DNA of 32,000 nucleotides from Candidatus Harpocratesius repetitus (GCA_021498095.1 JAIZWK010000001.1:2910001-2942000); one strand, 5' to 3'. Positions 9,096 to 20,128 are shown, numbered from the stretch's first letter. The notes: generated from the letters alone by a model not told the origin. A program made the numbers and translations.

Positions 9096-10559
9096 ATGAA
9101 CACAGAAGACGAAGATATTTTTACAAATAACTTAAAATTGGCTGAATTAATAATAGAAGAAGGACAAAAAAGCCAATTAGATTATATTGAAGCGCGATAT
9201 ATTCATCTACGCGCAGAAGGTTATACTTTACGAAATGGATTAATATTAGGTGGAGGAGTAACTCAATCTGATGGGATTGGAATTCGAGTTCTTCATAATG
9301 GTAATTTAGTTTTTTTAAGCACTGCTAATATGAAAGCAGAATCTTTACGAGAATTGGTACATCAAGCAAAATCAATGGCATTAGCATCTAAAAGAAAAAA
9401 TCCAATTCAATTTTCAGAAGAAAAGGCAGTAGAAACCAAATGGAGTACACCTTATCAAATCAAATTCAAAGATATCCCTGTTGAACAAAAACAACAATAT
9501 TTCATTGATATGGATAAAAAATTACTACAGGAATTTGGTGAAGATCTTCCCAATCGCACAATCATGGTTAATTTATCCCATGAACTAAAATATATTTGCA
9601 CAAATGAAGGTTCAAAGGTAAGATCAGAAATAATGCAGCCTATTATCCATACATTCAATACTGCAATGGGAAAATATGGTACTGAGCAACGATTTTTTGG
9701 AATTGGTGGAACAGGAGGTTGGGAGTGGTTTGAACAACAAAATATAATACAATCAGTAATCAATGATGCCAAAACTATGATTAAGGCGGCAAAATTTGCT
9801 GAACCAATGAAATTGGGCAAAATTGATGTGATTGTAAGTAGTGAAGTTGCAGGAATTATGGCACATGAAAATGTAGGCCATCCAAGTGAAGCGGATCGCA
9901 TTTTAGGTCGCGAAGGAGCTCAAGCAGGCGAATCTTTTTACATTGATTTACTGAAAAATGGAAATCTCGGAGAAGTTCAATTAGGAAATCCAGAAGTTAC
10001 GATTATGGAAGATCCAACCATTCCAGGAAGTTCGGGCTATTATCTATATGATGATGAATGTGTCAAAGCACGACCTCGTACTCTTATTAAAGATGGGATG
10101 CTTAATGAACTGCTTTTAAATAGAGAATTTGCATATAAATTCGGACTACAATCCAACGCAGCTGCCCGCGCTGAAACATTTGAAAGAGAACCCATTGTAA
10201 GAATGGCTAATACTTATTTCAAACCTGGTTCATTCACATTAGAAGAATTGGCTGAAGATATTAAATATGGAATACTAATGAATTCATTTACTGAATGGAA
10301 TATCGATGATCGTCGTTATCAATCCAAATATGTTGGGTTAGAGTGCTATCTAATTCAAAATGGTGAAATAACAGAAAAAATGGTTAGGAGACCTATTTTA
10401 GAATTAACAACAAAAGGAATTTTAGGTTCTGTTGATGGTGTCTCAAAATCTACAGGTTATTCACATGGAACTTGTGGAAAAGGTGACCCTGGACAAGGTG
10501 TTCCTGTGTGGATGGGTGGCGGCCAAGTAAGAATGAGAGGAATTCAATTGGGAGATTAA
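9096..10559 (+). CDS. tldD: TldD-family metalloprotease
   Basis: HExxxH motif AHENVGHPSEADR, EDPT...YDDE, G-x-ARA...PIVRMANTYF and C-terminal CGKG...VPVWMGG. Confidence 0.92.
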   Translation: MNTEDEDIFTNNLKLAELIIEEGQKSQLDYIEARYIHLRAEGYTLRNGLILGGGVTQSDGIGIRVLHNGNLVFLSTANMKAESLRELVHQAKSMALASKRKNPIQFSEEKAVETKWSTPYQIKFKDIPVEQKQQYFIDMDKKLLQEFGEDLPNRTIMVNLSHELKYICTNEGSKVRSEIMQPIIHTFNTAMGKYGTEQRFFGIGGTGGWEWFEQQNIIQSVINDAKTMIKAAKFAEPMKLGKIDVIVSSEVAGIMAHENVGHPSEADRILGREGAQAGESFYIDLLKNGNLGEVQLGNPEVTIMEDPTIPGSSGYYLYDDECVKARPRTLIKDGMLNELLLNREFAYKFGLQSNAAARAETFEREPIVRMANTYFKPGSFTLEELAEDIKYGILMNSFTEWNIDDRRYQSKYVGLECYLIQNGEITEKMVRRPILELTTKGILGSVDGVSKSTGYSHGTCGKGDPGQGVPVWMGGGQVRMRGIQLGD

Positions 10560-10566
10560 GAGGTGA
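10560..10566 (+). promoter_or_regulatory. Shine-Dalgarno GAGGTGA for pmbA
   Basis: GAGGTGA lies 5 nt before ATG 10572 in the 12-nt gap after tldD, consistent with an operon. Confidence 0.65.
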
Positions 10567-10571
10567 AATGA

Positions 10572-11966
10572 ATGAATAATGAAGAGAAACAGCAATTAGA
10601 TTCAAATGAATTACTTTTAAAGACATTAGAATTAACAAAAAAATATGGAATTGATGATGTAATTGCCCAGTATCATTTGGGTAAAGAATGGCAAATTAGG
10701 TTTTCAAATTCAGAGCAGGATATTATCAAACAATGGGAAGTTGATAATCTAGAATTATTTATTGTAAAGAATAAAAGAACAACAATGATTCCAATACAAA
10801 CTCCAACACTAAAAAATATTGAAGAAAAAATTAAACAATCTTTAATATACTTAGAAAATTCGCCACCCAGTCAATTATATGCTGGAATTGAATCAAATAT
10901 TCAAACCCCTGCAAAAATTGATGGATTATTTTATAAGAAAACAGAAAATTTAATAGAAAGTGGTTCAAGTTTAGTTTATAAGGCAATTGATGCTGCTTTA
11001 GAAGAAGGAGCTAAAAAAGTAGCAGGAGTTCTCTATTTTGGCTCACAAAACACAGCTTTACGGACCAGTAAGGGATTTTCAGGTGAATTTGATCATTCAT
11101 ACTATAGAGCAACTTTACGTGCATTTGTAGAAGCTGAAAGCAGCGGGCAAGATCTTCTTTGTGGGAGAAATTTGGATAATTTAGAAGCAAAAATGATAAC
11201 TATGGGTAAAAATGCAGGAAAGATAGCATCTATGGCAGTTAATCCGAAACAAGGAAAAGCAGGAACTTATGATATTATTCTTTCTCCAACTGTTGCAGGG
11301 AACATTTTTGGTGAGATTACAGATGCAGCTAATCCTTTATTTGTCATGTTAGGATTAAGCCCGTTAAAGGATAAAATAGGACAGCAGATTGGCCCTGATT
11401 TTCTAACAATTCACGATAACAGTCTTTTAAGTGAAGGATTAAATGCTCGACCATTTGATGTCGAAGGAACTCCAGGACAAATCACACCCTTAATTGAAAA
11501 TGGCAAATTGATGAATTATGTCCACAATACTTCAACCGCAATACAATATTCTACAAAATCCACAGGAAATTCGACTTTTATCGGTTTTGGATCAGGAACA
11601 CGATTATTAGCGCCTTATTCCAGTAATATAGAATATACTCCGGGTGATTTTACCAAAAATGAGATTATTGAAGAAAGTAAAAAGCCAACAATCTACATTA
11701 CATCAAATTGGTATACCCGATTTACAAATCAGATTGAAGGTACCTTTTCAACAATTCCACGAGATGGTTTGTTTTATGTAGAAAATGGTGAAATTCAATA
11801 TCCAATTCGAAATGTACGATTATCTGATAATTTATTGCGTATGTTGAAAAATATCACACAAATTGGAAAGGATATTCAGCAAATTCAATGGTGGGAAGTA
11901 AATACACCCACTTTTATTCCCACAATCAAAGTTAAGGATGGAAATATTACCGCTGCGACAAAATAA
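10572..11966 (+). CDS. pmbA: TldE/PmbA-family protein
   Basis: RFSNS, PFDVEGTP, LIENGKL and VENGEIQYPIRNVRLSDN motifs, no HExxH, directly after tldD. Confidence 0.88.
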   Translation: MNNEEKQQLDSNELLLKTLELTKKYGIDDVIAQYHLGKEWQIRFSNSEQDIIKQWEVDNLELFIVKNKRTTMIPIQTPTLKNIEEKIKQSLIYLENSPPSQLYAGIESNIQTPAKIDGLFYKKTENLIESGSSLVYKAIDAALEEGAKKVAGVLYFGSQNTALRTSKGFSGEFDHSYYRATLRAFVEAESSGQDLLCGRNLDNLEAKMITMGKNAGKIASMAVNPKQGKAGTYDIILSPTVAGNIFGEITDAANPLFVMLGLSPLKDKIGQQIGPDFLTIHDNSLLSEGLNARPFDVEGTPGQITPLIENGKLMNYVHNTSTAIQYSTKSTGNSTFIGFGSGTRLLAPYSSNIEYTPGDFTKNEIIEESKKPTIYITSNWYTRFTNQIEGTFSTIPRDGLFYVENGEIQYPIRNVRLSDNLLRMLKNITQIGKDIQQIQWWEVNTPTFIPTIKVKDGNITAATK

Positions 11967-12116
11967 AAAAATTATCATTTATATCCTTTTTTTTTAATAA
12001 TAATGAGATTTTCTTTTTTCTTTCTTCTTTTTTCTCCCATTATTTTTCTCTATTTTTCTAATTTTTTAATTCTTTCATGTAAATGGTCAAATTCCTTTTA
12101 TTTTTACATAGCTTAA

Positions 12117-13370
12117 TTAAGATAAACTATAATAAGAGTTGTTTTTTCGTATTTTATCCCATTCATTTAGTGGCATGAAGTCAATTGGGCAAATTTTACT
12201 ATCTGTAAAATATTCAAAAGAGAAATTTGTAAATTCACCCGCTTTCCTATTTGGAATTGGCATTAATCGAGCTGTAAGTGGCTTATTTAATCGAATCGAA
12301 ATCATTCCTAGATCCATCAATAATAATTTAACAGCTTCACGAGGTAAATCCCCCGGTATAGGTACACAGTCCAATCCTAATCCACACATGGTTGAATATA
12401 ATAAGAGCTTTGATAAATCAACCTTTCCTTCGTTGTTACGTTGAGCAATAATAAAATCTTCTAAAAGTGGTTGCATAAAGCCAGAAAACCCTATTTTCGG
12501 ACGATTAACAGATTGCAGTGCCTGCGTAATAAATCCCACACTGAAAACTGATCCTACAGAACCGAATTGACAAAATCCTAATTGTTCTAAAGCGTTTCCT
12601 ATTGACTTGGATTTACTTGGATATGGAGCGGGGCTGAAATCGATACCCACAAATTCAATTTGATTTTTTTCGCAGAATGGAATTACAATTTCAGTAATTT
12701 GATCGTAAATTTGACAAAATCGCTTTTGGATTTCGGTTTTGATTTGTTGAAGAGAATAATTAGACACATTTTTTCTATCAAAAATAGAAACCAATTCATC
12801 TGCAGCTTCTAAAGCGATGGATAATTTTGGTTTGGATCCTGTGTGATAAGCAGAAGGAAAGAAAGGAGTATTAGTGGGAACATTAAAAGTTGCAGCAAAT
12901 TGGACATTTCGGAATGGATCTGGGTCCGCTAATGCAAAAATAATATCAGCAGCTAAATCAATACCTTGGAAATTAAGCCCTCGTTGAGTGGAACCAATTT
13001 GCATACTAGAAAACATATTATGATGTTCCTTTAACAATCTCGGAATTGATTGAGTTAAATTGGATTGAATTTTTTCCAACGATTCAGAAAAATCCAACAA
13101 TCCGGGAGCAAAAGAATAGATACCCATTAATCCATCAACAATCAATCCATCCAATTTACATACTATTTCGTCATTAAGAATTTGCTTTAATTCATCTTGT
13201 GATGAGACAGATGTATACGGTGGAGATGCCAAGCGAATATATTCCACTTCATAATATTTTTGTATTTCATTCTTAAGTTCTTGAATCAATCCCAGAAAGT
13301 GACGCAACCCTTGCAGATCATAATTATCGTGATATATATCATATCCCAGGGTCAATGCTCTGATTTTCAT
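12117..13370 (-). CDS. DUF711 (UPF0210, PFL-like fold) family protein
   Basis: N-terminal MKIRALT, NVQFAATFN...PFFPSAYH, GIDFSPAP, GFSGFMQPLLED, YSTMCGLGLDCVPIPGD and KPLTARLMPIP. Confidence 0.85.
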   Translation of the reverse strand: MKIRALTLGYDIYHDNYDLQGLRHFLGLIQELKNEIQKYYEVEYIRLASPPYTSVSSQDELKQILNDEIVCKLDGLIVDGLMGIYSFAPGLLDFSESLEKIQSNLTQSIPRLLKEHHNMFSSMQIGSTQRGLNFQGIDLAADIIFALADPDPFRNVQFAATFNVPTNTPFFPSAYHTGSKPKLSIALEAADELVSIFDRKNVSNYSLQQIKTEIQKRFCQIYDQITEIVIPFCEKNQIEFVGIDFSPAPYPSKSKSIGNALEQLGFCQFGSVGSVFSVGFITQALQSVNRPKIGFSGFMQPLLEDFIIAQRNNEGKVDLSKLLLYSTMCGLGLDCVPIPGDLPREAVKLLLMDLGMISIRLNKPLTARLMPIPNRKAGEFTNFSFEYFTDSKICPIDFMPLNEWDKIRKNNSYYSLS

Positions 13371-13434
13371 AAATTAATAAAAGCAAAATTCCATAAAGGT
13401 GTGATCAAATAATTAAAATGGTTGTGGTTTTTGG

Positions 13435-14358
13435 TTATATTTTTATTATGGATATTCTGTTAAGAAATTCTGGAATATATTCCAAGGGATTATTTTTCAA
13501 AGATAAATGTTTAAGATGAATCAAATCTTGCATGGATTCTGGAACTTGAGAGATTCGATTATTATCAAGATGAAGTTCTTCTAAGTTGCTAAGATTTCCA
13601 ATATTTTTAGGTAAGGATTGCAATCGATTATTATTTACATCCAATATTTTAAGAGCACTGAGATGTTCGATTGATTTAGGTAAAAATGAGAGTTGGTTAT
13701 CATTGGCATACAAGGTTTCCAATTTATTTAATTCACCGATATCAGATGGAAAATTCAACAAACCATTTTCTTCTAAATACATCTCGCGAATATGAGTGAA
13801 ATTCCTAAATGGAATAGAGATTTGTTTAATCTTATTACGACTTAACCTTAAGATATATAGTCTTTTAAGAGAAGAAAAAGTATCTGGTAATTTTTCGATT
13901 TTATTATCTGATAAGTCGAGAAATTTCAAATTTTGAAGATTACCAAAAGATTCTGGCAAATTTGTAAGCTTATTTTTCTTCATTTTTAATGTTTCTAATG
14001 CTTCTAACTTTCCAAAATTTTCTGGTAACTCTTGAATATGATTTTCAGAAGCATCTAAGTACTGCAAAGTTGAGATATTGGAAAGTGAAGATGGCAATTC
14101 TTGCAGTTCATTACGTTGAAGTACTAAAGCAACTAAACCATTCAGCCGTCCGATTATTTCAGGCAAATTTCTGATATTTTTCCCGTATAGACCAATCCCT
14201 TTAATTTTTCCATCTTGAATTTTTATCCCGAATGAAGAATAGCGAAAATCATCAATTACGGGAAGGGATTCACCAATCAATTCTCTAAACGCAGCTAGAA
14301 CTTCTAATTCGTGTTTTGGGAGTTGAATTTTATTCTTTTCAAAATATTCATTATTCAT
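13435..14358 (-). CDS. Leucine-rich repeat protein
   Basis: About ten 23-aa LxxLxxLxLxxNxLxxLPxxI repeats after a short N-cap (FGIKIQDGKIKGIGLY). Confidence 0.92.
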   Translation of the reverse strand: MNNEYFEKNKIQLPKHELEVLAAFRELIGESLPVIDDFRYSSFGIKIQDGKIKGIGLYGKNIRNLPEIIGRLNGLVALVLQRNELQELPSSLSNISTLQYLDASENHIQELPENFGKLEALETLKMKKNKLTNLPESFGNLQNLKFLDLSDNKIEKLPDTFSSLKRLYILRLSRNKIKQISIPFRNFTHIREMYLEENGLLNFPSDIGELNKLETLYANDNQLSFLPKSIEHLSALKILDVNNNRLQSLPKNIGNLSNLEELHLDNNRISQVPESMQDLIHLKHLSLKNNPLEYIPEFLNRISIIKI

Positions 14359-14449
14359 CAGATGAAATTTCTCCTTCCAATTAACTTAATTATAATTTGG
14401 GGAGAAGAATTATAAAATTTCACACCTATGATAATATGGAGGAAAGAGT

Positions 14450-15514
14450 TTGACAACTATTGGTCAATCTACAAAATCTGAAGCAGAACGAATACCAATT
14501 GCAGAAATGTCTGGAGTGTACAAAATTTTCAAGCAAAAAAAAATTGAAGTAATGGCGCTCAGGGGAATCGATTTAAAAATATATCCTGGAGAACTTATCG
14601 TAATTATGGGTCCAAGTGGTTCTGGAAAGACTACACTCTTGAATTGTCTTTGTGGAATTGAGCGCCCAAATGCAGGTTCTGTAAAAATCAAAGGTATGGA
14701 GATTACCAAATTACGAGATGAAGGTATTCAAAAACTACTACAAGAAGAAATAGGTATTGTTTTCCAATCTTTTAATCTTATTCAAAGCTTGACTGCAGGG
14801 GGTAATGTAGAATTACCAATGGTTGTTTTGGGAAAGCTATCAAAATCAGAACGTCGCACCAGAGTTGGAGAATTACTTAAAAAGGTAGGATTGGAAAATC
14901 GCCAACATCATCGACCAAGCACCTTATCTGGAGGAGAAAAGCAGCGACTTTCAATTGCAATGGCATTTGCTAACGATCCTTCCATTGTAATTGCAGATGA
15001 ACCTACTGCAAATGTCGATTCGGTTTCAGCAGAAAATATTATGAGAGTTTTTCAAGAATTCATGGCATCAAATCCAAATAAAGCACTCTTAATAGTTACT
15101 CATGACCCAGCTCTTAGAAAAATTGCAGATTATACTTTGGTAATTAGAGATGGCCAATTTGTGCGTAGAATTGAAAAAACTACAAGTTTATCAAGTGAAT
15201 CAGAATATGAAAATGCATTAATGGGAACATCTAATGTTACGGATCTTTCTAAATCACGAAGCTCACCTTTGATTTCCAATATTATTCAAAAAGCAAATTT
15301 TCCCTATTTTAATGATATTTCATTGTGCCCAAATTGCCATAGCACAAATATTGTTAAAAAATTAGATTTTCAGAATAGTTTTTGTCAAATTTTAGAAAAT
15401 AAACTTCTACAACGAGCAGCTCTATTTTGTCGCGAATGCAATGAATTATCTTTTATAACAGTTATTAGTGGAGATCTGGATAAATTAAAAATAAAAAGAG
15501 AAATGATAAAATAA
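14450..15514 (+). CDS. ABC ATP-binding protein (LolD/MacB type) with C-terminal CxxC...CxxC zinc-ribbon-like extension
   Basis: Walker A GPSGSGKT, Q-loop VFQ, LSGGEKQR signature, Walker B IADEPT and H-loop VTHD. C-terminal CPNC and CREC. Confidence 0.88.
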   Translation: MTTIGQSTKSEAERIPIAEMSGVYKIFKQKKIEVMALRGIDLKIYPGELIVIMGPSGSGKTTLLNCLCGIERPNAGSVKIKGMEITKLRDEGIQKLLQEEIGIVFQSFNLIQSLTAGGNVELPMVVLGKLSKSERRTRVGELLKKVGLENRQHHRPSTLSGGEKQRLSIAMAFANDPSIVIADEPTANVDSVSAENIMRVFQEFMASNPNKALLIVTHDPALRKIADYTLVIRDGQFVRRIEKTTSLSSESEYENALMGTSNVTDLSKSRSSPLISNIIQKANFPYFNDISLCPNCHSTNIVKKLDFQNSFCQILENKLLQRAALFCRECNELSFITVISGDLDKLKIKREMIK

Positions 15515-15587
15515 AATTGGATATTTTTTTCTTTGATTTCATAAAAAAGTGGTTAAAATTATATATACAATAAAAAATTTCTCTACT

Positions 15588-16592
15588 TTATAGAATACTA
15601 TAAAGGATTTTTATATAAGCATCAATTTCTTGTTGAGAAATTGGAGATTCAGACTGTTCACGCATTATTATCAAATAAATCCAACCACTTGTTTTTTCTA
15701 AAGGAAAACGGGCAATAAAAAATTGTTTTTCTGCTCGATTCACTAGCATTTCTTTTGATTCACCTGAATTCTTATCCAAAGAATCAAGAAGAGTAAGAAA
15801 ATATGGTGTGGAGTTTTGAATAATTCGTTTAGAAGTTTCATCCTTAAAATATTTAGCAATTAATAAGGAATTTTGATCTAAAACAATTGATGCATTAGAA
15901 TTCACCTTTTCGCTAAATTGCCCAATAGTCTCATCCAACAAATGCGAAAGTGGATAAAGTTGAAGCAAAATCTGAGAAAAAGACGACATTATTGTCCAAA
16001 GTTCATAAATCGTTGTTTCAAAGAAAGTTACATTAAATTCTTCATTAACAATTTTTTTAATCCGTTCTTGTAAATCAATCAGTTTTCCTTTAATATGAAC
16101 ACTATTCAACTTTAAATATTCCGGGTCTGCTTTATGAAAGAATACGTAGATAAGAGGATTGATTTGTAATTTTTTAAATTGAATTATCACATCCCTAAAA
16201 TAGGAAAGTGCTTCGTCATATCGTTTTGAATCTTGTATGTCGATTGTATAAATGCACACAGAAGTATGATCAAAAAATTTTGTGGGTTCCTTTAAGTAGG
16301 CAATTCTGTAAAGTTCTTGTCCTCCAAGATCCCATTCAGAAATCTGTTTTCCCAAATACTTAAAAATTTGACGTTGGGCTTGGCGAGTGGGCTTAAGAAG
16401 TGCAATTTGTGAAATTTCTCTCTTTAATGAATAAATTATCGATGTTTTACCAGAATTATCTAGTCCAGTAAAAAGAATTTTATCTTCGGATTCTCTTTTT
16501 TCTTCTAAAGCAGATTTTTCCTTTAACATAGCTTCTAATGGCGGAATTTGAGATGTGTTTATCGAATCTTCTTTTGTCAAAATTATCCCCAC
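15588..16592 (-). CDS. Rag/Arf-like small GTPase with C-terminal roadblock-like domain
   Basis: G1 GLDNSGKT, G2 PT, G3 WDLGGQ, G4 HKAD and G5-like ETTIY. The C-terminal domain begins NASIVLDQNSLLIAKY. Confidence 0.82.
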   Translation of the reverse strand: MGIILTKEDSINTSQIPPLEAMLKEKSALEEKRESEDKILFTGLDNSGKTSIIYSLKREISQIALLKPTRQAQRQIFKYLGKQISEWDLGGQELYRIAYLKEPTKFFDHTSVCIYTIDIQDSKRYDEALSYFRDVIIQFKKLQINPLIYVFFHKADPEYLKLNSVHIKGKLIDLQERIKKIVNEEFNVTFFETTIYELWTIMSSFSQILLQLYPLSHLLDETIGQFSEKVNSNASIVLDQNSLLIAKYFKDETSKRIIQNSTPYFLTLLDSLDKNSGESKEMLVNRAEKQFFIARFPLEKTSGWIYLIIMREQSESPISQQEIDAYIKILYSIL

Positions 16593-16735
16593 AAATTATT
16601 TAATGGTAATAAGTTACATTTTTTCCTATTAAAACTTAACTTCAGATTTTTTTTAGATTAACAATCTTAATCATCTGGTAACAAAAAATGTAACAAAAAA
16701 AGAATATATAAAAAGGTAAATCTAAAAAAGTAAAT

Positions 16736-19261
16736 TTAAAACCGTTTTTTCTTCTTTACTATTAAAATTACAGCTCCTGTTACAATTACTGCTGCACCTC
16801 CTCCGATACTTGCAGGTAATACCCATTTAGGTAATGGTGCTTTATATTCAGGTGTATAAATTGGAGAATGAAGAACAGTTAAATTGTAATGGGAAAGACG
16901 GAATCTATAAGAAATTATTTCAGATCCAGGATCGGAAATTTGAATATATATTTTAAAATGCTTAGGAGCGATTCCAACTTCAAATGATTGATTAGCATTT
17001 GAACTTGCAGAGACAATTACATCTAGATTAGGAGTCCCTGGTCCTGTTAGAGTTGTCCAAACATTATTATATAATAGAGTAATCCATAACGTTCCAGCAA
17101 GAGAAATATTTGTTTTTAAAATAAATTGATACCAATCAAATTGTCTTGAAGCATTTACATCAATTAAAATTTTATTAGTTTGAGAAATATTAATTGATGA
17201 AATAGTTGTATAATATACTGTATCATAATCAAGACCTGTCCCGATTTGGCGGTTTACTTCAGAAATTTCAGTTATAGAATGGGATTTAAACATATCTTTT
17301 AGACTAAATGAACTAACACGCACATCTAAAGTTTCATTATAACTAACAAATCCGCTCCCTAAATCAATTTCTGCTTGATATGGCCAAACAGCAAGTAGTC
17401 CTTCACCATTATTTGAAATAAATGAAGATCCGGATTCAAAAAAGTATTGAATGAACCCAACAACTTCTTCTTCATCTGTATCTAATAAAATTGGACTAGT
17501 GAGACCAGAACTGCTGTAAATATAAGTTGAATTATCGAATTTAGAAATTTGAGCAAAAGAATATTTAAATCTCAAGCGAAAAGGGTAATTTTCAAAATCA
17601 GAATTATCACCTCTTACTATAGACAGATTTACTCCAAACATAATTGGATCTTCATATGTAAAATTCACAACAAATGGTTCAAGAAAACTACCTTCTCCAT
17701 TAATTGAGGCAATATGATCGAGTGAATATCTTGATTTATCAGAGATTGAAATGATTTCATTGTCTATTGCTAGATCTTTGTGAGCTAATTCAGTAAATTC
17801 CTTTGTAATTACAGATTTTAATTCAACATATTCATTATTTATTCCAATTCCTGAATGTGTAAAAAAGATAAAATAATCTCCAGGATCAAAAGAATAAAAA
17901 TGTGAATTATATAATTTACTTAATTCTAAACTTGTATGAACATTTCCATATGAATCTTTATAATAAATACTCGATGAAGGTGCAGAGTCTAATGTGTATT
18001 GTGGATTACCAGAAATAATTGAAACGTTAAAATAGGCACATGTACTCTCATTTACATGAAATTTCCAAACATTATTGGGATTTTTTACAGAAATTTCTAA
18101 CAATTGAGTTGAACCAAGAATATATTCAGAAGGAGTAATTAGATTTATATTAAAATTATAATAACAGAGTTCTCGTATAGGAATTGAACCAGACCAGTAG
18201 TAAAAATCCCGGTAAATTACTTGTAAATAAGCTGTTCCACTAAATGATATAAATTCTGAATGATCTTCTCCATCAGCTTGTATTGCCTTCATATCATATC
18301 CATCAGGAGTAGGAATTGCTAATTGAATATAGGCAGAGCTAGCTTGACCCCAAATAAAATCGAAATTATAATTCAAAATTTGATTTGCTTCGACATTAAT
18401 CGCGTAAGATTGAATTGGAAGAGATTCTTGAGATTCTAAACTAGCTGGATTAATTTTATCGTAATCTTCTGATTTATAAGTCACATAAGATCCATATTCT
18501 ATCTTTGATGTCGGTGAAATTTCTTGTAACTCTAAAATAATATCTTTAGAATTTGGTATAAAATTTAACTGATAGAAACCTAATTCATCAGCAGTAAAAA
18601 TTAACATAGTTCGATATGGATCACCACCTGGAGCAACGTCAGGTAGATTTTGGAATGAATAATCCACAGGATTCCCAGATGGAGATAAAAGAGCAATAAT
18701 TGTAAACACATCATCATGATCAAAATATAAAATATGAAGTCCTTCCTGATTCACTATCAAATTAAACTGTAGATTTAGCATATTTGTTGGGTCTAATCTA
18801 AAATAGCTTATTTTATTAGGTGCAATTTCCCCAAGGTTATTAAGTCTCATTGAAATATTATATCTGGGAGTTTCTCCATCTAATTCAGTTGCATTTTCAA
18901 CTTTCATCCAATTAACTTGTTCCCAAGGATCAACTTGATTATTTGAAAAATAACCAACGCTACCAATAAATTGTGGATACTGTCGAATATCATTACTTGT
19001 CATGGGATAACCCATATTTGGATTTCCATATTTATCAGTCAAAGAAAATTTTCCTGGTTTATTTCCTGAAACGTAAATATCATTAATTGTATTTTTTTCA
19101 GATATTAATGCAAGTCGCTTATAAGAATCATTTTGTTCTGTTCCCTCAATACTAATAGTTGTATCTGTCGATAAAGATATATCCGCTACCCCAAAATTAA
19201 TACTACTCACAGCAATTAATAGCAAAATTGATATGAGAATCATTTTATTTTTATTTTTCAT
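16736..19261 (-). CDS. Secreted, C-terminally membrane-anchored surface (glyco)protein
   Basis: Signal peptide MKNKNKMILISILLLIAVSSINFGVA, beta-rich body with many N-x-S/T sequons, C-terminal TM helix WVLPASIGGGAAVIVTGAVILIV followed by KKKKRF. Confidence 0.8.
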   Translation of the reverse strand: MKNKNKMILISILLLIAVSSINFGVADISLSTDTTISIEGTEQNDSYKRLALISEKNTINDIYVSGNKPGKFSLTDKYGNPNMGYPMTSNDIRQYPQFIGSVGYFSNNQVDPWEQVNWMKVENATELDGETPRYNISMRLNNLGEIAPNKISYFRLDPTNMLNLQFNLIVNQEGLHILYFDHDDVFTIIALLSPSGNPVDYSFQNLPDVAPGGDPYRTMLIFTADELGFYQLNFIPNSKDIILELQEISPTSKIEYGSYVTYKSEDYDKINPASLESQESLPIQSYAINVEANQILNYNFDFIWGQASSAYIQLAIPTPDGYDMKAIQADGEDHSEFISFSGTAYLQVIYRDFYYWSGSIPIRELCYYNFNINLITPSEYILGSTQLLEISVKNPNNVWKFHVNESTCAYFNVSIISGNPQYTLDSAPSSSIYYKDSYGNVHTSLELSKLYNSHFYSFDPGDYFIFFTHSGIGINNEYVELKSVITKEFTELAHKDLAIDNEIISISDKSRYSLDHIASINGEGSFLEPFVVNFTYEDPIMFGVNLSIVRGDNSDFENYPFRLRFKYSFAQISKFDNSTYIYSSSGLTSPILLDTDEEEVVGFIQYFFESGSSFISNNGEGLLAVWPYQAEIDLGSGFVSYNETLDVRVSSFSLKDMFKSHSITEISEVNRQIGTGLDYDTVYYTTISSINISQTNKILIDVNASRQFDWYQFILKTNISLAGTLWITLLYNNVWTTLTGPGTPNLDVIVSASSNANQSFEVGIAPKHFKIYIQISDPGSEIISYRFRLSHYNLTVLHSPIYTPEYKAPLPKWVLPASIGGGAAVIVTGAVILIVKKKKRF

Positions 19262-19570
19262 AAGAATTCAACTCTCATTTTTTTTTTCAAACTTTATTCT
19301 GTTTTTCCTCTTTATTTTTCCGTTTTATTGCTTTGAAAGATATTATCTCCCAATTGATTAAAAAGGAATTATTTTTCAACTTTAAAAATTTTTCCGATGA
19401 AGAAAAAAACTTTAATTTTTGGTTTACATACAAAATCACTCACCGAAATTCTTATATTTCAAAAAATTCATAAGGTATTTACCCTTCTGTAAAATAAGAT
19501 TTTACTTTTGCTAAAAACATAACAAAACAAAAAAAACAATTTTGGAGGAAAGATTGTTATTCAAATAAAA

Positions 19571-20128
19571 GTGAAAGTGATATTAATTGGGCGGGCAGCT
19601 GTAGGAAAAACTGCAATTCTCTCCCGGTTAATCACTGGTGACTATTTTAAGGATTATTTCCCAACCCTTGGTGTTGATTTCATGCTCAAGGATTACTCAA
19701 AAAGAGCAATTTATGTTCATTTTTTTGATTTTGGGGGAACTTCTATTTCAAATTTACTGATATCTCCATTTTTAGCAGATACTCAATTAGTTTTGCTAGT
19801 AACTGATTTATTTTCTGTAAGTGAAGCTGTTTTTTTTAATAATATTATCGTTCAAATTCAGGAACTAAATAAAGAACAAGTTCAATTTATCTTGATTCGT
19901 AATAAAATAGAAATTTTTCCTTTTACAAACAATGAAATAAAATGTTTAAAAAATTTTAACCAGAATAAACACATTCCAATAATTTCAGTTTCAGCTAAAA
20001 CTTCTGAGAATTTTACAACATTAAAAAGAGAGATTTTCGATAAATTAGCACTATATTCAAAGAAAGTCTATTTAGCAGGAGCATATTTTGATTGTGAAAT
20101 GAGTGCACTTACTGATAAATACTTTTGA
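19571..20128 (+). CDS. Divergent Rab-like small GTPase
   Basis: G1 GRAAVGKT, Rab-type switch I PTLGVDF, G3 DFGGT, G4 NKIE and G5 SAK. Overlaps the convergent gene by 20 nt. Confidence 0.8.
   Translation: MKVILIGRAAVGKTAILSRLITGDYFKDYFPTLGVDFMLKDYSKRAIYVHFFDFGGTSISNLLISPFLADTQLVLLVTDLFSVSEAVFFNNIIVQIQELNKEQVQFILIRNKIEIFPFTNNEIKCLKNFNQNKHIPIISVSAKTSENFTTLKREIFDKLALYSKKVYLAGAYFDCEMSALTDKYF

Noticed and set aside
20093-20104. CEMS near the Rab-like C-terminus as a CaaX prenylation signal
   Set aside because: It is not terminal (ALTDKYF follows) and does not fit the aliphatic pattern.
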